Assembly: GCF_001194135.2 (NCBI RefSeq)
Contig: NC_068986.1
Coordinates: 93,910,275 to 93,942,443, forward strand
Length of the DNA stretch: 32,169 nt
Source of the DNA: Octopus bimaculoides
Taxonomy: Eukaryota
Direction: 5' to 3'
The notes beneath the pieces were generated by a model. It was not told the DNA's origin, made no database searches, and saw nothing but the letters and a program-made list of their open reading frames with translations. Shown in pieces: positions 1-10,106 of this stretch. Both the position numbers and the translations under genes were made by a program. The stretch's first letter is position 1. Each line of letters starts with the position of its first letter.

Positions 1-21
1 TATATATATATATATATATAT
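1..21. repeat. (TA)n microsatellite at window start
   Basis: Pure TA run seen directly; the window also ends in (TA)n. Confidence 0.95.
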
Positions 22-99
22 TTGTCTTGTAACACAATCTGTATCACGTCCTCACGTTGTTTTTTGTTGTTGTCTTTTGTCTTTTTCCTTTTTTGTGTT

Positions 100-292
100 T
101 ATATCCTGACCATTCGCTTGTTGATATATTTACGTCCCTGTAACCCTAGCGGTTCGGCAAAAGACCCCGATAGAATAAGTACCAGGCTTACAAAGAGTAA
201 GTCCTTGGGTAGATTTCTTCGACTAAAAACAAACCGTTAAGGCTGTACTCCAGCATGGCCGCAGTCAAATGATTGAAACTAGTGAAAGAGTG
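100..292 (+). mobile_element. SINE family C, 3' portion
   Basis: tttacgtccctgtaaccctagcggttcggcaaaaga...gatagaataagtaccaggcttacaaag...ctccagcatggccgcagtc matches the 3' half of the family C copy at 14150-14300. Confidence 0.85.
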
Positions 293-324
293 TAGGTACG
301 TAGCAACGCAATGTCGTTCGGATT

Positions 325-502
325 GTGATCGCCACAGCCACCACCATTATTACTGGCACCAATACTACAGACACCACCACCATTACAACATCGCACCTGA
401 CCACCACAACGACTACCTTCACCATCACTACCACCATCACTACCACCATCGCTATCTCAATCACCATCACCACTACCACGACAGCCACCACCACCACCAC
501 CA
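325..502. repeat. (CCA/CAC)n cryptic trinucleotide tract
   Basis: Degenerate CAC/CAT/TAC repeats running into an N-gap; source of the poly-His and poly-Thr ORFs. Confidence 0.9.
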
Positions 503-926
503 NNNNNNNNNNNNNNNNNNNNNNNNNNNNNNNNNNNNNNNNNNNNNNNNNNNNNNNNNNNNNNNNNNNNNNNNNNNNNNNNNNNNNNNNNNNNNNNNNN
601 NNNNNNNNNNNNNNNNNNNNNNNNNNNNNNNNNNNNNNNNNNNNNNNNNNNNNNNNNNNNNNNNNNNNNNNNNNNNNNNNNNNNNNNNNNNNNNNNNNNN
701 NNNNNNNNNNNNNNNNNNNNNNNNNNNNNNNNNNNNNNNNNNNNNNNNNNNNNNNNNNNNNNNNNNNNNNNNNNNNNNNNNNNNNNNNNNNNNNNNNNNN
801 NNNNNNNNNNNNNNNNNNNNNNNNNNNNNNNNNNNNNNNNNNNNNNNNNNNNNNNNNNNNNNNNNNNNNNNNNNNNNNNNNNNNNNNNNNNNNNNNNNNN
901 NNNNNNNNNNNNNNNNNNNNNNNNNN

Positions 927-1159
927 ATCGGTGGTGGTGGTGGTGGTGGTGGTGGTGGTTTTCATGGCGGCAGTGGTGGTGTTGTTCCTTATGGTGGTGA
1001 TGGTGGTGGCAGAGGTAACAGTAGTGCTGTTGTTCAAGGCGGCAGTGGTGGTGGTGCTGGCGGCATAATATTGTTGGCGACACCGTAGTGTTAGTGGCAC
1101 AGTAGTGTTGGTGGCATCGTTGGCAGCGCCTCTGGTGTTGATAACAGAGGCGATGGTGA

Positions 1160-1203
<44 letters not shown>

Positions 1204-1285
1204 AAGTTGCCGTTGGTTGCTGCGGCACTGTGGTGGTGGTAGCAGCGGCGGTGAGGATGAAGGTAGTAGCTGTGGTGTTGTTGCT
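927..1285. repeat. (GGT)n/(AGT)n cryptic trinucleotide tract
   Basis: GGT runs, with a pure (AGT)n at about 1160-1200. Confidence 0.9.
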
Positions 1286-1289
1286 GGAC

Positions 1290-1445
1290 TTTTTATAGAA
1301 AGGGCGCTTGTCGATTACATCGACCCCAGAACGTAACGAGTGCTTTAATTTATCGACCCTGAAAGGATCGAAAGGAAATTTAACCCCAGCTGGATTTGAA
1401 CTCGGAGCGTAAAGAATCGGTAAAAATCCAACAAAGTATTTCTTC
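1290..1445 (-). mobile_element. SINE family D, degenerate
   Basis: gtcgattacatcgaccccag...tttatcgaccctgaaaggat...gatttgaactc matches the family D core (compare 17360-17460). Confidence 0.7.
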
Positions 1446-1483
1446 TGACTCTAATATTCTAATATCCCCTTTCGCTAAATAGT

Positions 1484-1572
1484 CTTTTCTACTATAGGTA
1501 ATTTGAACTCTGAACGTAAAGACGGACGAAATGCCGCTAAGCATTTGAACCGGCGTACAAACACCGCCTTCT
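1484..1572 (-). mobile_element. SINE family D, internally deleted
   Basis: Tail ctttctactataggta joined directly to atttgaactctgaacgtaaagacggacgaaatgccgctaagcattt...ccgcctt (head). Confidence 0.75.
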
Positions 1573-1654
1573 ACTTTCCTATATACTAATATGCATAAAA
1601 CTCGTTTTTGATTCGCATAAGGTTCGCAATTTTGAGTGAAGACGGTTACTCCAT

Positions 1655-1822
1655 AACTCAACCACAGTACTTCAGAGATACTTTACTTTATCGACCCCGA
1701 ACGAAATGATGAGCTGCAATGTTGACTTCAGCGGAATTCAAACTCAGACTGTAAAGAGCCGGAAGAAATACTGCGAATTATTTTCCCGACGATGTAACGA
1801 TTCCGTCAGCTCTCTGCCTTAT
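1655..1822 (-). mobile_element. SINE family D, degenerate
   Basis: tttatcgacccc...gacttcagcggaattcaaactcag...aacgattccgtcagct...gcctt. Confidence 0.65.
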
Positions 1823-2779
1823 AAATAACAACATAAGAATGATGATATACACTTGCTATCTCGTCCTCTCTCATATAATTGATTATAAAATGAAGAATAA
1901 TAGCGGAATATTTATACTGCTACATAATTAATTACTGTTAATTGCTAGTAAGTATACAGTATTTCGCTTTGCAAGTCAATATTATGTCTTACTTTTTCGT
2001 TAGCAGTGCGACGTTTTTAGTTTAAAGATTATCTCTATGTACTTTACTCATGCAGTAAAGAATGAGATCATTAACTGATTTCCAAGTTTAACTCTATAGA
2101 TTTTCTATAAAATTCAGAGCCACTTTTATAAGTAACGTTGTTTTGTATGCGAACACGTATATGAAAACAATGCGATCGAAGATAGAAAAAGTAGGTACTG
2201 GGTGTATATGCAGATTTCAAGAGTTATTCCTACTTCATCAGCACTACTTCCATCCTTCAGCTATCCTCGGACGCGTTGCTTAAATATCCACTAATTAATC
2301 TCTTCCTTTACTTTGAAAGTAGGGTACAAGGTCGCTTGTAAACGAGAGTTTGGTATCAACAAGAGCTAAGCTTTAGCTAAATGTTTCAGGCGCACATATA
2401 GACGCGATCAGACACAAATGTTCTCCCTATCCTCCCACCTTTGACCTCGTAAGACTTATACCGAATTAAGACCCATAGATGCCCTGAAACGAAACTAACA
2501 AGTAAGCCGGAAAACGATGTTTTTTTTTTTTTTTTTTTTTTTTGTATAGTTCCATTCTATTTATATTTGAAAATTTTTCTACTTATTTTAATTGCAAATC
2601 TCATTATGACACTACAAACACTTCGAAATTATGCTTCCGATCATATAAACCACTTCGAATATTATTTTAGCAAGTTTATAATAATTTCTTTTGTGCCGTA
2701 AACCATTTACCATTTCTGTGGTGTCCCTTTCCCTTGATGTCCTTATCACATACTTATTTTGCATGATGGTTTATCCATC

Positions 2780-3125
2780 GCTGCACAAGACCTGGAATTT
2801 GTTGGGAGAACGTTAGTCGATTTCACCGCCATTAACCCTTTTGTTACCATATTTCTGTTGAGATGCTCTGTGTTTCTTTCAATTAATTTTAAATATAACA
2901 AAGAATTTAGTAAAATAACTTAGTTATCAATAAGCTTGTGTTAGGAACATAAATTGTGACTAAGGTTTCATGGAAGACGTTAATTCAGAAATTTTGAAAA
3001 CAAAACAATGGCGGTTTCAGCCGGGTTGGTATTAAAAAGGTTAATACTTTATCGACACATTAATTTATTGACACTGAAAGGGTGATGACCAAAGCTGCCG
3101 TCGATGCGATTTGGAATCTGATTGC
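2780..3125 (-). mobile_element. Degenerate SINE family D copy interrupted by a MITE
   Basis: gcacaagacctggaattt...gtcgat lies left of the MITE and tttattgacactgaaagg...gatttggaatc right of it, in D-consensus order. Confidence 0.5.
2836..3041. mobile_element. piggyBac-type MITE
   Basis: TTAA at 2832-2835 and 3042-3045; CCC...GGG termini; imperfect TIRs cccttttgttacca / tggtattaaaaaggg. TTAA TSD with CCC/GGG ends is the established piggyBac signature. Confidence 0.85.
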
Positions 3126-3179
3126 TTAGAGCTGGAATAAATATTGCAGTGCATTCTATTTGTTGAGTGACTACTTCTA

Positions 3180-3410
3180 ACATTTGCACAAGGCCTGAAA
3201 ATTTGTGAGAAGGGCGTTATTCGATCACATCCATCTTAGTACTTTATTGATACTTCATTTTATTGATCCCGAAATGATGAAAATCAAAGCCGATGTCGAC
3301 AGGACTTAGAACTTTTAAAGCTTAAAAGTTGACCCAAGGCTTAAGGAATCGCAACAAATACTGCAACGTATGTTATCCGACCCTCTAACCATTCGAACAA
3401 TTCACAACCC
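3180..3410 (-). mobile_element. SINE family D, old degenerate copy
   Basis: gcacaaggcctgaaaattt...tttattgatcccgaaatgatgaaaatcaaagccga. Confidence 0.6.
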
Positions 3411-3429
3411 TCATCTGCTGTTGAATAAT

Positions 3430-3655
3430 GAATAATTCTTTCAAATTTTGGCACAAGACCAGCAATTCTGAAGGGAGAGAAATAACGAATTACATTATCC
3501 CCAGTACTTCATTGATACTTTATTTTATCGAACTTTGAAAAGATGAAAGCCAAGTTGATTTTGGCGATATTTGAACTCAGAACGCAAAGAGCCGGGACTA
3601 ATACAGCCTAGATTTTTGTCCTATACACTAACGACTCGACCAGTTTGACACCTTA
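3430..3655 (-). mobile_element. SINE family D, degenerate copy
   Basis: aaattttggcacaagaccagcaatt...ccccagtac...atttgaactcagaacg...acacctt. Confidence 0.7.
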
Positions 3656-3671
3656 ACTACTACTGAATAAG

Positions 3672-3848
3672 ATTCCTTTCTACCACAGGCACAAAACCCC
3701 AGTGCTTGACCGGTACTTATTTCATCGACCTCCGAAAGTAGGAAAAGCAAACTCGACTTAGGAGGAATTTGAACTCAGAACGTAAAGACGGACGAAATGC
3801 CGCTAAGCATTTCGCCCGGCGTTCTGACGTTTCTGCCAGCTCACCGCC

Positions 3849-3850
<2 letters not shown>
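3672..3850 (-). mobile_element. SINE family D (partial tail deletion)
   Basis: Well-preserved head gaatttgaactcagaacgtaaagacggacgaaatgccgctaagcatttcgcccggcg...ctgccagctcaccgcctt. Confidence 0.9.

Positions 3851-3907
<57 letters not shown>
3851..3907. repeat. (AAT)n microsatellite, tail of the D copy at 3908-4118
   Basis: Pure AAT run abutting cctttctact, the D 3' end on the minus strand. Confidence 0.95.
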
Positions 3908-4117
3908 CCTTTCTACTATAGGTACAAGGCCTGAAATTTTTGGGGAAGGGGTAAGTCGATCATATTGACCCCAGTACTTGACTGGTACTTAAGTTATCAA
4001 CCCCGAAAAGATGAAAGGCAAAGGTGACCTCAGCGGAATTTTAATTCAGAACGTAAAGACGGACGAAATGCCGCTAAGCATTTTGCCCGGCGTGCTAACG
4101 ATTCTGCCAGCTCACCG

Positions 4118-4118
<1 letters not shown>
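3908..4118 (-). mobile_element. SINE family D, near full length
   Basis: On the minus strand: tRNA-like head gcggtgagctggcagaatcgttag (A box), B-box region degraded here (gaattaaaattcc versus gagttcaaattcc in other copies), central gactttgcctttcatc...gtaccag, tail aggccttgtacctatagtagaaagg(att)n. Confidence 0.9.

Positions 4119-4210
<92 letters not shown>
4119..4210. repeat. Compound (ACT)n-(AAT)n microsatellite
   Basis: ACT run 4119-4166 then AAT run 4167-4210. Confidence 0.95.
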
Positions 4211-4211
<1 letters not shown>

Positions 4212-4465
4212 CAGCAGATGACAACGTTTCCCTAAAAGAAATGGAAAAACTTTCAAAATACAAAGACCTGGAAATAGAGGTAACTCGAACGTGGAATCTA
4301 AAAACAGAAACAATTCCTATCATAGTAGGTGCCTTAGGTATAATAAAAAAATATGCAGACAAATACATAACAAAAGCACCAGGACTTACAAATATATATA
4401 ACATACAAAAAATTGCACTACTGGGTACAGCACACATCCTACGCAAAACACTTTCAATACAGTAA
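4211..4465 (+). pseudogene. Stop-free C-terminal fragment of a REL-type retrotransposon ORF
   Basis: 84 open codons to TAA at 4463-4465 (ORF track 4241..4465). It starts just downstream of where the catalytic PD...D residues would lie, so it is a truncation, not a gene. Confidence 0.8.
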
Positions 4466-4565
4466 CCATAAGAGCATCACAGCAAACCACAGCACATACC
4501 CAAGGCGCACAGAGCTGCGCTCGGTAGTGAAGTGAAAGCACGTTATAGAAATAAAACTACTGAAC
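4211..4565 (+). mobile_element. 5'-truncated R4/Dong-clade non-LTR retrotransposon (REL-domain C-terminus plus 3' UTR)
   Basis: Frame from 4211 reads PADDNVSLKEMEKLSKYKDLEIEVTRTWNLKTETIPIIVGALGIIKK...IQKIALLGTAHILRKTLSIQ*. The K..KY..L..E...W...IP(I/V)..GALG...IQK..LLGT..ILR pattern is typical of the REL-endonuclease C-terminus of R4/Dong elements. Flanked on both sides by (TAA)n. Confidence 0.85.

Positions 4566-4601
<36 letters not shown>
4566..4601. repeat. (AAT)n microsatellite
   Basis: Pure run between the Dong 3' end and the D tail. Confidence 0.95.
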
Positions 4602-4816
4602 CCTTTCTACTGAAAGCACAAGGCCTTGAAATTTTGGGGGAGGGGATTAGTCGATTACATCCACCCCAATGTTTCACTGGTGCTCAATTTATCGACCCTG
4701 AAAGGATGAAAAGCAAAGTCGACTTTGGAGGAATTTGAGTTTAGATCGTAAAGACGGACGAAATGCCGCTAAGCGTCTCGCCTGGCGTGCTAACGATTAG
4801 ATCAGCTCTTTGCCTT
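4602..4816 (-). mobile_element. SINE family D, near full length
   Basis: cctttctactgaaagcacaaggccttgaaatttt...tttatcgaccctgaaaggatgaaaagcaaagtcgac...gaaatgccgctaagc...gcctt. Confidence 0.9.
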
Positions 4817-5991
4817 AACTGCTGTTGAACAATAATGGGATATTTACACTACTAAATAATTTATTAATTATCACATCCTTTATTCTGATAAAACATAATT
4901 ATACTACATAGTTAATGTTAATGAGTTGCACTTCCTCTCACATCCTTTATTATCTACATTTAATTGGGGCCATGGATTAGTAGAATTGCTAGAGAGTCGT
5001 ATAAACTGTGTTAAGGTATTTGCTCCAGCTAGATTCTTTCTATGTTCGAATGCGTTCCAAGTAAAGCTTGCCTTTTATACTTCCGGACTCGATAAAAATA
5101 AACTGCACGTCACCTAAATTGTAATCGTCTAAAATTTCCGACCTCGTGCCGATATGTATGACACTGTTATTTACGATTTAATCGTTTAACCATGTATTAC
5201 ATTTTACGTCGTAACAATTTAGAAACTTTGAGAGAACGTGAAACCATTCGATTTTAATGGTGAAACTCGAAGTAAATAAAGCTATAAATAACAACATATA
5301 AATATTGGGTTAAAATTCCCTTTGGAGAGATAAGTCGAAGGTGAAACGCCTCTCAAGTTTACAGCAGCTGCAGGTTCGCGTCCTACGAGCAGCCTTTGAC
5401 ATTTTCTATTCAAAGCGTTTTTTTTTTTCTTTTTTAACTCAGTATTTACACGCTAATATTTATGTTACAGTTTGTGTACCATTTAGAAATGTCACAAGTA
5501 AATCATTTGTAATTTTTCTTTGCACTTTCCAGTAAATGTGAAGTCAGGTCAGATGTAAGGGATTGGGGTGTCATTCCGCTTAAGTAACTGGATTGGGTTT
5601 GTGTGTTGACACAAGTTAAATGCAGCCTCGTACAATCTATTACTTGGTCGGATTATTGATGGATAAAACGATCTACCACCAGGTTTGTCCGATGAGCAGG
5701 GTTTCTCGAAAGAACGATTGAATCCCATATAGGGTCAACGACTAACTAACAATTGGGCGGGGTATTAGAAATTATACGTTAGCGGCCAGTGTGTTGTAAG
5801 GTTACTAAGAGAGAGTGGGGGAGAAAGAGGCACTATTAGCTCTTGTTAAAGCATGTTTTGGTATAACTGGGCAGATGATCTGGGGTTGACAATCTTGGAA
5901 TATAGCCAGACCAAGAGGGCAGCTCTGAGCATAAACCCTCATTGGTATATGTAATGGGAGTGGGGGCATCGTTGTTGCCGTTGTTTTGATC

Positions 5992-6058
5992 GAGGTCAAC
6001 CCCGATTCAACATACCTCAAATCAAAGACGTTTCAACCGTGACTATCCCTCCTTTTTT
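5992..6058 (+). mobile_element. Short unclassified retroposon-like 3' tail
   Basis: gaggtcaaccccgat...tttcaaccgtgactatccctcctttttt resembles 21531-21600 (minus) and 27590-27654 (plus); all end in a T-rich run. Confidence 0.4.
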
Positions 6059-6120
6059 AAAAATTTGTTTTCCAGTCATAATATAACTAGAATTACATTA
6101 TCCAGCAAATAACTCCAGCT

Positions 6121-6333
6121 AAGGCGGTGAGCGGGCAGAATTATGGGCATCCCTGGCAAAATGCTTAGCGGCATTTCGTTTATCTTTACGTTCTGGGTTC
6201 AAATTTCACTTTGGTAGACTTTGCCTTTTATTTTTTCGAGGTTGATGAAATAAATACCAGTTAAGTACTGGAGTCGATGTAATTAACTTACACCTTCTCC
6301 AAAATTGCTGGCATTGTGTCAAAATTTGAAACC
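6121..6333 (+). mobile_element. SINE family D
   Basis: aaggcggtgagcgggcagaa...aatgcttagcggcatttcg...gggttcaaattt...gactttgcc...aaaattgctggcattgtgtcaaaatttgaaac. Confidence 0.85.
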
Positions 6334-6510
6334 AATGTATATTCTTAGTGTGATTTGGTTACCATTTCTTGTGTATCAATAATCCAACTCACATTAACCC
6401 ACTGGTAAAGAANNNNNNNNNNNNNNNNNNNNNNNNNNNNNNNNNNNNNNNNNNNNNNNNNNNNNNNNNNNNNNNNNNNNNNNNNNNNNNNNNNNNNNNN
6501 NNNNNNNNNT

Positions 6511-6880
6511 GTGGAGGCGCAATGGCCAGCGGTTAGGGCAGCGGACTCGTGGTCATAGGATCGCGGTTTCGATTCCCAGACCGGGCGCTGTGAGTGTTTA
6601 TTGAGCGAAAACACCTAAAGCTCCACGAAGCTCCGGCAGGGGATGGTGGCGAACCCTGCTGTACCCTTTCACCACAACTTTCTCTCACTCTTACTTCCTG
6701 TTTCTGTTGTGCCTGTAACTCAAAGGGTCAGCCTTGTCACACTGTGTCACACTGAATATCCCCCGAGAACTACGTTAAGGGTACACGTGTCTGTGGAGTG
6801 CTCACCCACTTGCACGTTAATTTCACGAGCAGGCTGTTCCGTTGATCGGATCAACTGGAACTCTCGACGGAGTGCCAACA
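6511..6880 (+). mobile_element. SINE family A (tRNA-Arg-like head), near full length
   Basis: gtggaggcgcaatggccagcggttagggcagcggactcgtggtcataggatcgcggtttcgattccc (A and B boxes), body and tail to ggagtgccaaca; closely similar to 10107, 24287 and 26036. Confidence 0.92.
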
Positions 6881-6884
6881 GCAG

Positions 6885-7125
6885 ATGGAAGGGTTGTTGC
6901 TGTTGATTTTGTTGTTGTTGTTGTTGTCGTCCTTGCCATTATTGTTCCTGTTGTTGTTTTTTCTGACTGTTACTGGCGCTCCCCTTACTGCTGTCGCTGT
7001 CACTGCCAGTGTTGTTGCCATAGTTGCTGCTGCTGCTGCTGCTGTTGTTATTGTCATTGTTGTTGTTAGTACTATTACTGTTCCTGTTATTGTTGTTTGT
7101 TCTTATGGCTGTTGCTGTCATTATT

Positions 7126-7167
<42 letters not shown>

Positions 7168-7170
7168 ATG

Positions 7171-7221
<51 letters not shown>

Positions 7222-7350
7222 ATTGTTGTTGTTGTTGTGTGTGTGTGTGTTCTTGTTGTTGTTCTAAAATTATTGTGATTAACTTGGTTGATTTATTCGT
7301 CAAATTGATGTTTTATTTCATTTGCTGTCATTGTTGCTGTTATTGTTGTT
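6885..7350. repeat. Mixed (GTT)/(GCT)/(AGT)n low-complexity block
   Basis: Trinucleotide runs, with pure AGT at about 7127-7221. Confidence 0.9.
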
Positions 7351-7749
7351 GTTCACGATAGAACACTTCCTCTCGTGGTGGCTGCTACTGCTAATGCTCT
7401 TCTTATTTATTCATTTACTTATCGTTTTCCTTCCTGGTGTTTTTGTTGCTATTGTCATTTTGTTAATTTTCGGTTTTTCCTCGTTTATTTTTATAGAATT
7501 TGTTGTTATTGTTTCGAATCTTGGAAATGTTGCTGCGATTATTCTTATTGTTTATTCCTTCATCTTATATTTTAGTTTTGTAGTACTCTTGGTTGCTATT
7601 GTTTCCTTTTTTTTTTTTAACTTCAGGTGTTTTTTTTTCTTTTACTATTATTTTGCTCCGTGCAGGATTTCGCCGTTGTTGTTGTTGTTGTTGCTGATAC
7701 AGAATAACTATTACACTTGTTGAAGTTCCAAACGTTATTCAATTTAATC

Positions 7750-8083
7750 TCTGTCTCTTTTTCTCGCTTTCGCTCTCACTTACTTTCTCTCCCTCTCTCT
7801 AAAAGATTGCCTCTCTCTAAAAGAATCCCTCTCTTTTCTCTCTCGCCTTCTTTTTCTCTCTCGCCTTCTTTTTCTATCTCCTTCTTTCTCTCTCTCCTTT
7901 TCTCTGTTTTCAAATAGTTTTTGCATTTTTTTTTCAGTTATACATTTATACTTCCTGACACTGTTGTTACTTTTGTCGTTGTTGTTGTAGTTGATTATGT
8001 TACTAGTGGTGATTGTAGTGGTGGTGGTGGTGGTGGTGGTGGTGGGGTCATGGTGGGGGAAGGGGGTACTTATGGTACTCTTA
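7750..8083. repeat. CT-rich then (GTT)/(GGT) low complexity
   Basis: Includes a short tandem duplication tctcgccttctttttct. Confidence 0.8.
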
Positions 8084-8572
8084 NNNNNNNNNNNNNNNNN
8101 NNNNNNNNNNNNNNNNNNNNNNNNNNNNNNNNNNNNNNNNNNNNNNNNNNNNNNNNNNNNNNNNNNNNNNNNNNNNNNNNNNNNNNNNNNNNNNNNNNNN
8201 NNNNNNNNNNNNNNNNNNNNNNNNNNNNNNNNNNNNNNNNNNNNNNNNNNNNNNNNNNNNNNNNNNNNNNNNNNNNNNNNNNNNNNNNNNNNNNNNNNNN
8301 NNNNNNNNNNNNNNNNNNNNNNNNNNNNNNNNNNNNNNNNNNNNNNNNNNNNNNNNNNNNNNNNNNNNNNNNNNNNNNNNNNNNNNNNNNNNNNNNNNNN
8401 NNNNNNNNNNNNNNNNNNNNNNNNNNNNNNNNNNNNNNNNNNNNNNNNNNNNNNNNNNNNNNNNNNNNNNNNNNNNNNNNNNNNNNNNNNNNNNNNNNNN
8501 NNNNNNNNNNNNNNNNNNNNNNNNNNNNNNNNNNNNNNNNNNNNNNNNNNNNNNNNNNNNNNNNNNNNNNNN

Positions 8573-9055
8573 ATATAAAATACAAAATGGGACAAGAACG
8601 CAAAACATCCAGAAAGTTAGGTGATACAAAAAAAGGACACCAAAATATCCAATAGAGGATACAAAGCAAACAAGGACGGATCATTCGGAGTTTTCTATCC
8701 TCAGTCGCGTTCCAGATTATCTTTGCAATTTCGGCTGGTTATACTTGAGATTGCTCCAATCTGGCCAGACCCAAAGAAAAACGAAGATAAGAGCATTAGA
8801 TTCCTTGGAAGAAAGCAGCGAGTGTATACGAAAACAAGGACGGAAATAAACGGATAATGTTACACAAATACAAAAAACAGGACATAACAACAGGTGTCTT
8901 TCCACTAAGGACGAATTAAATTAAGCTGGCGTGTGTGGAAATAAAGCCTTACGGCAGGGATACAAGATTTCGCAGGCATAGAGAGGAATATAGACGTTGC
9001 ACGGACGACGACCAAGAAAGAAAGATCAGGCTTGGCCGAACACCGGTCACGTGGG
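8573..9055. mobile_element. Unclassified interspersed repeat, possibly Penelope terminal-repeat derived
   Basis: I recognise this complex non-coding block as a recurrent octopus repeat. The minus strand has cagccgaaa and ctgagga...gaat motifs loosely like PLE hammerhead remnants. No second copy in this window. Confidence 0.35.
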
Positions 9056-9377
9056 GGGAGAGAAGAGAGAGAGAGGTAGAGGCAGAGGGACAGAAGAATT
9101 AAGGAGAGGCGAGAAAAAATGATAGGGACACAGTGAAGTGAAAAGAGGAGAGAAAGTGAGCAAGAAGAGAAGGCAGGGAAATGTGAGAGAGGGGGAACGA
9201 AAGAACGAAAAATAAGCGTGAAAGGTTAATAGAAAGAAAGAAAAAATTCCACGAACATATATATACGCGTACATAGATATATAAATACAAAGTTACACGT
9301 ATATAAATAAGTATACATATATATAAAGTTCATGTTCAGTTAAATGAAGGGGAAAAAATGGAGTGTAAAGTTAATAA

Positions 9378-9507
9378 GCCTTTACTACTGAAAGGATGAA
9401 TGGCAAAGTCGACGTTGGCGGAATTTGAACTCAGAACGTAGCAACAGGTGAAATGCCGAAAAGCATTTTGCCCGGCATGCTAACGGCTCTCCCAGCTGGC
9501 CACCTTG
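9378..9507 (-). mobile_element. SINE family D, 5' half
   Basis: gaaaggatgaatggcaaagtcgacgttggcggaatttgaactcagaacg...gcattttgcccggcatgctaacg...cagctggccacctt. Confidence 0.85.
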
Positions 9508-9560
9508 ACAGTTGAGTTAATAATATTTATTTATAATTAAATAATTTGGTGACCTTTACA

Positions 9561-9868
9561 GCGGAGGCGCAATGGCCCAGTGGTTAGGGCAGCGGACGCG
9601 TGATCGGAGGATCGCGGTTTCAATTCCCAGACCGGGCGTGGTGTGTGTTTATTGAGCGAAAACACTTAAAGCTCCACGAGGCTCCGGCAGGGTGTGGTGG
9701 CGAACTCTGTTGTACTCTTTCGTTCCAACTTTCTCTCACTCTTTCTTCCTGTTTCTTGAGTAACGCTTCGATGGACTGGCGTCCCGTCCAGCTGGTGCGG
9801 GGGGGGGGACATATACGCCATAGAAATCGGGAAACCAAGCCCGTGAGCCTGGCTAGAAAGGGTGCAAG
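9561..9868 (+). mobile_element. Mosaic SINE: family A head and body (9561-9755) joined to family B-type 3' module (9757-9866)
   Basis: The first 195 bp align to A copies up to cttcctgtttc. It then reads tgagtaacgcttcgatggactggcgtcccgtccagctg...atacgccatagaaatcgggaaacc...aaagggtgc, which aligns to 25588-25690. Confidence 0.85.
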
Positions 9869-10106
9869 AAGGAGAATCTTCACGGCTTCATTCCCTCAAT
9901 TTGGATTTCTATTCGCATACATAGCTACCCTTGTTGCTAATCGTGAACTATAAAATAACTTTCTTCAGCTTATCGAACTTTGATGTGGGAAAAATTTACT
10001 GAAAGCTGTTTTTTTCTTCTCAATATTACTANNNNNNNNNNNNNNNNNNNNNNNNNNNNNNNNNNNNNNNNNNNNNNNNNNNNNNNNNNNNNNNNNNNNN
10101 NTCCTT

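Noticed and set aside
273-1100. Long poly-His, Thr, Gly and Val ORFs
   Set aside because: They are translations of CCA/GGT triplet tracts joined through an N-gap; no coding complexity.
3180-4816. Regularly spaced repeats that could suggest a CRISPR array or satellite
   Set aside because: Units are about 200-bp diverged SINE copies with Pol III boxes and microsatellite tails; no short identical repeats with unique spacers and no cas genes.
5065-5400. Promoter-like patch (acttccgg, cacgtcac, modest CpG density)
   Set aside because: Short motifs expected by chance, with no linked exon or transcript evidence.
5515-5575. Possible acceptor ttttctttgcactttccag
   Set aside because: No convincing donor or recognisable reading frame downstream.
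6511-6590. tRNA-Arg-like sequences (also 9561, 10107, 24600, 25444, 26036)
   Set aside because: These are SINE heads: no acceptor-stem pairing, and they are followed by conserved SINE bodies with TSDs.
6885-7723. Hydrophobic ORFs of 130-160 aa resembling membrane proteins
   Set aside because: Derived from GTT/GCT/T-rich simple sequence.
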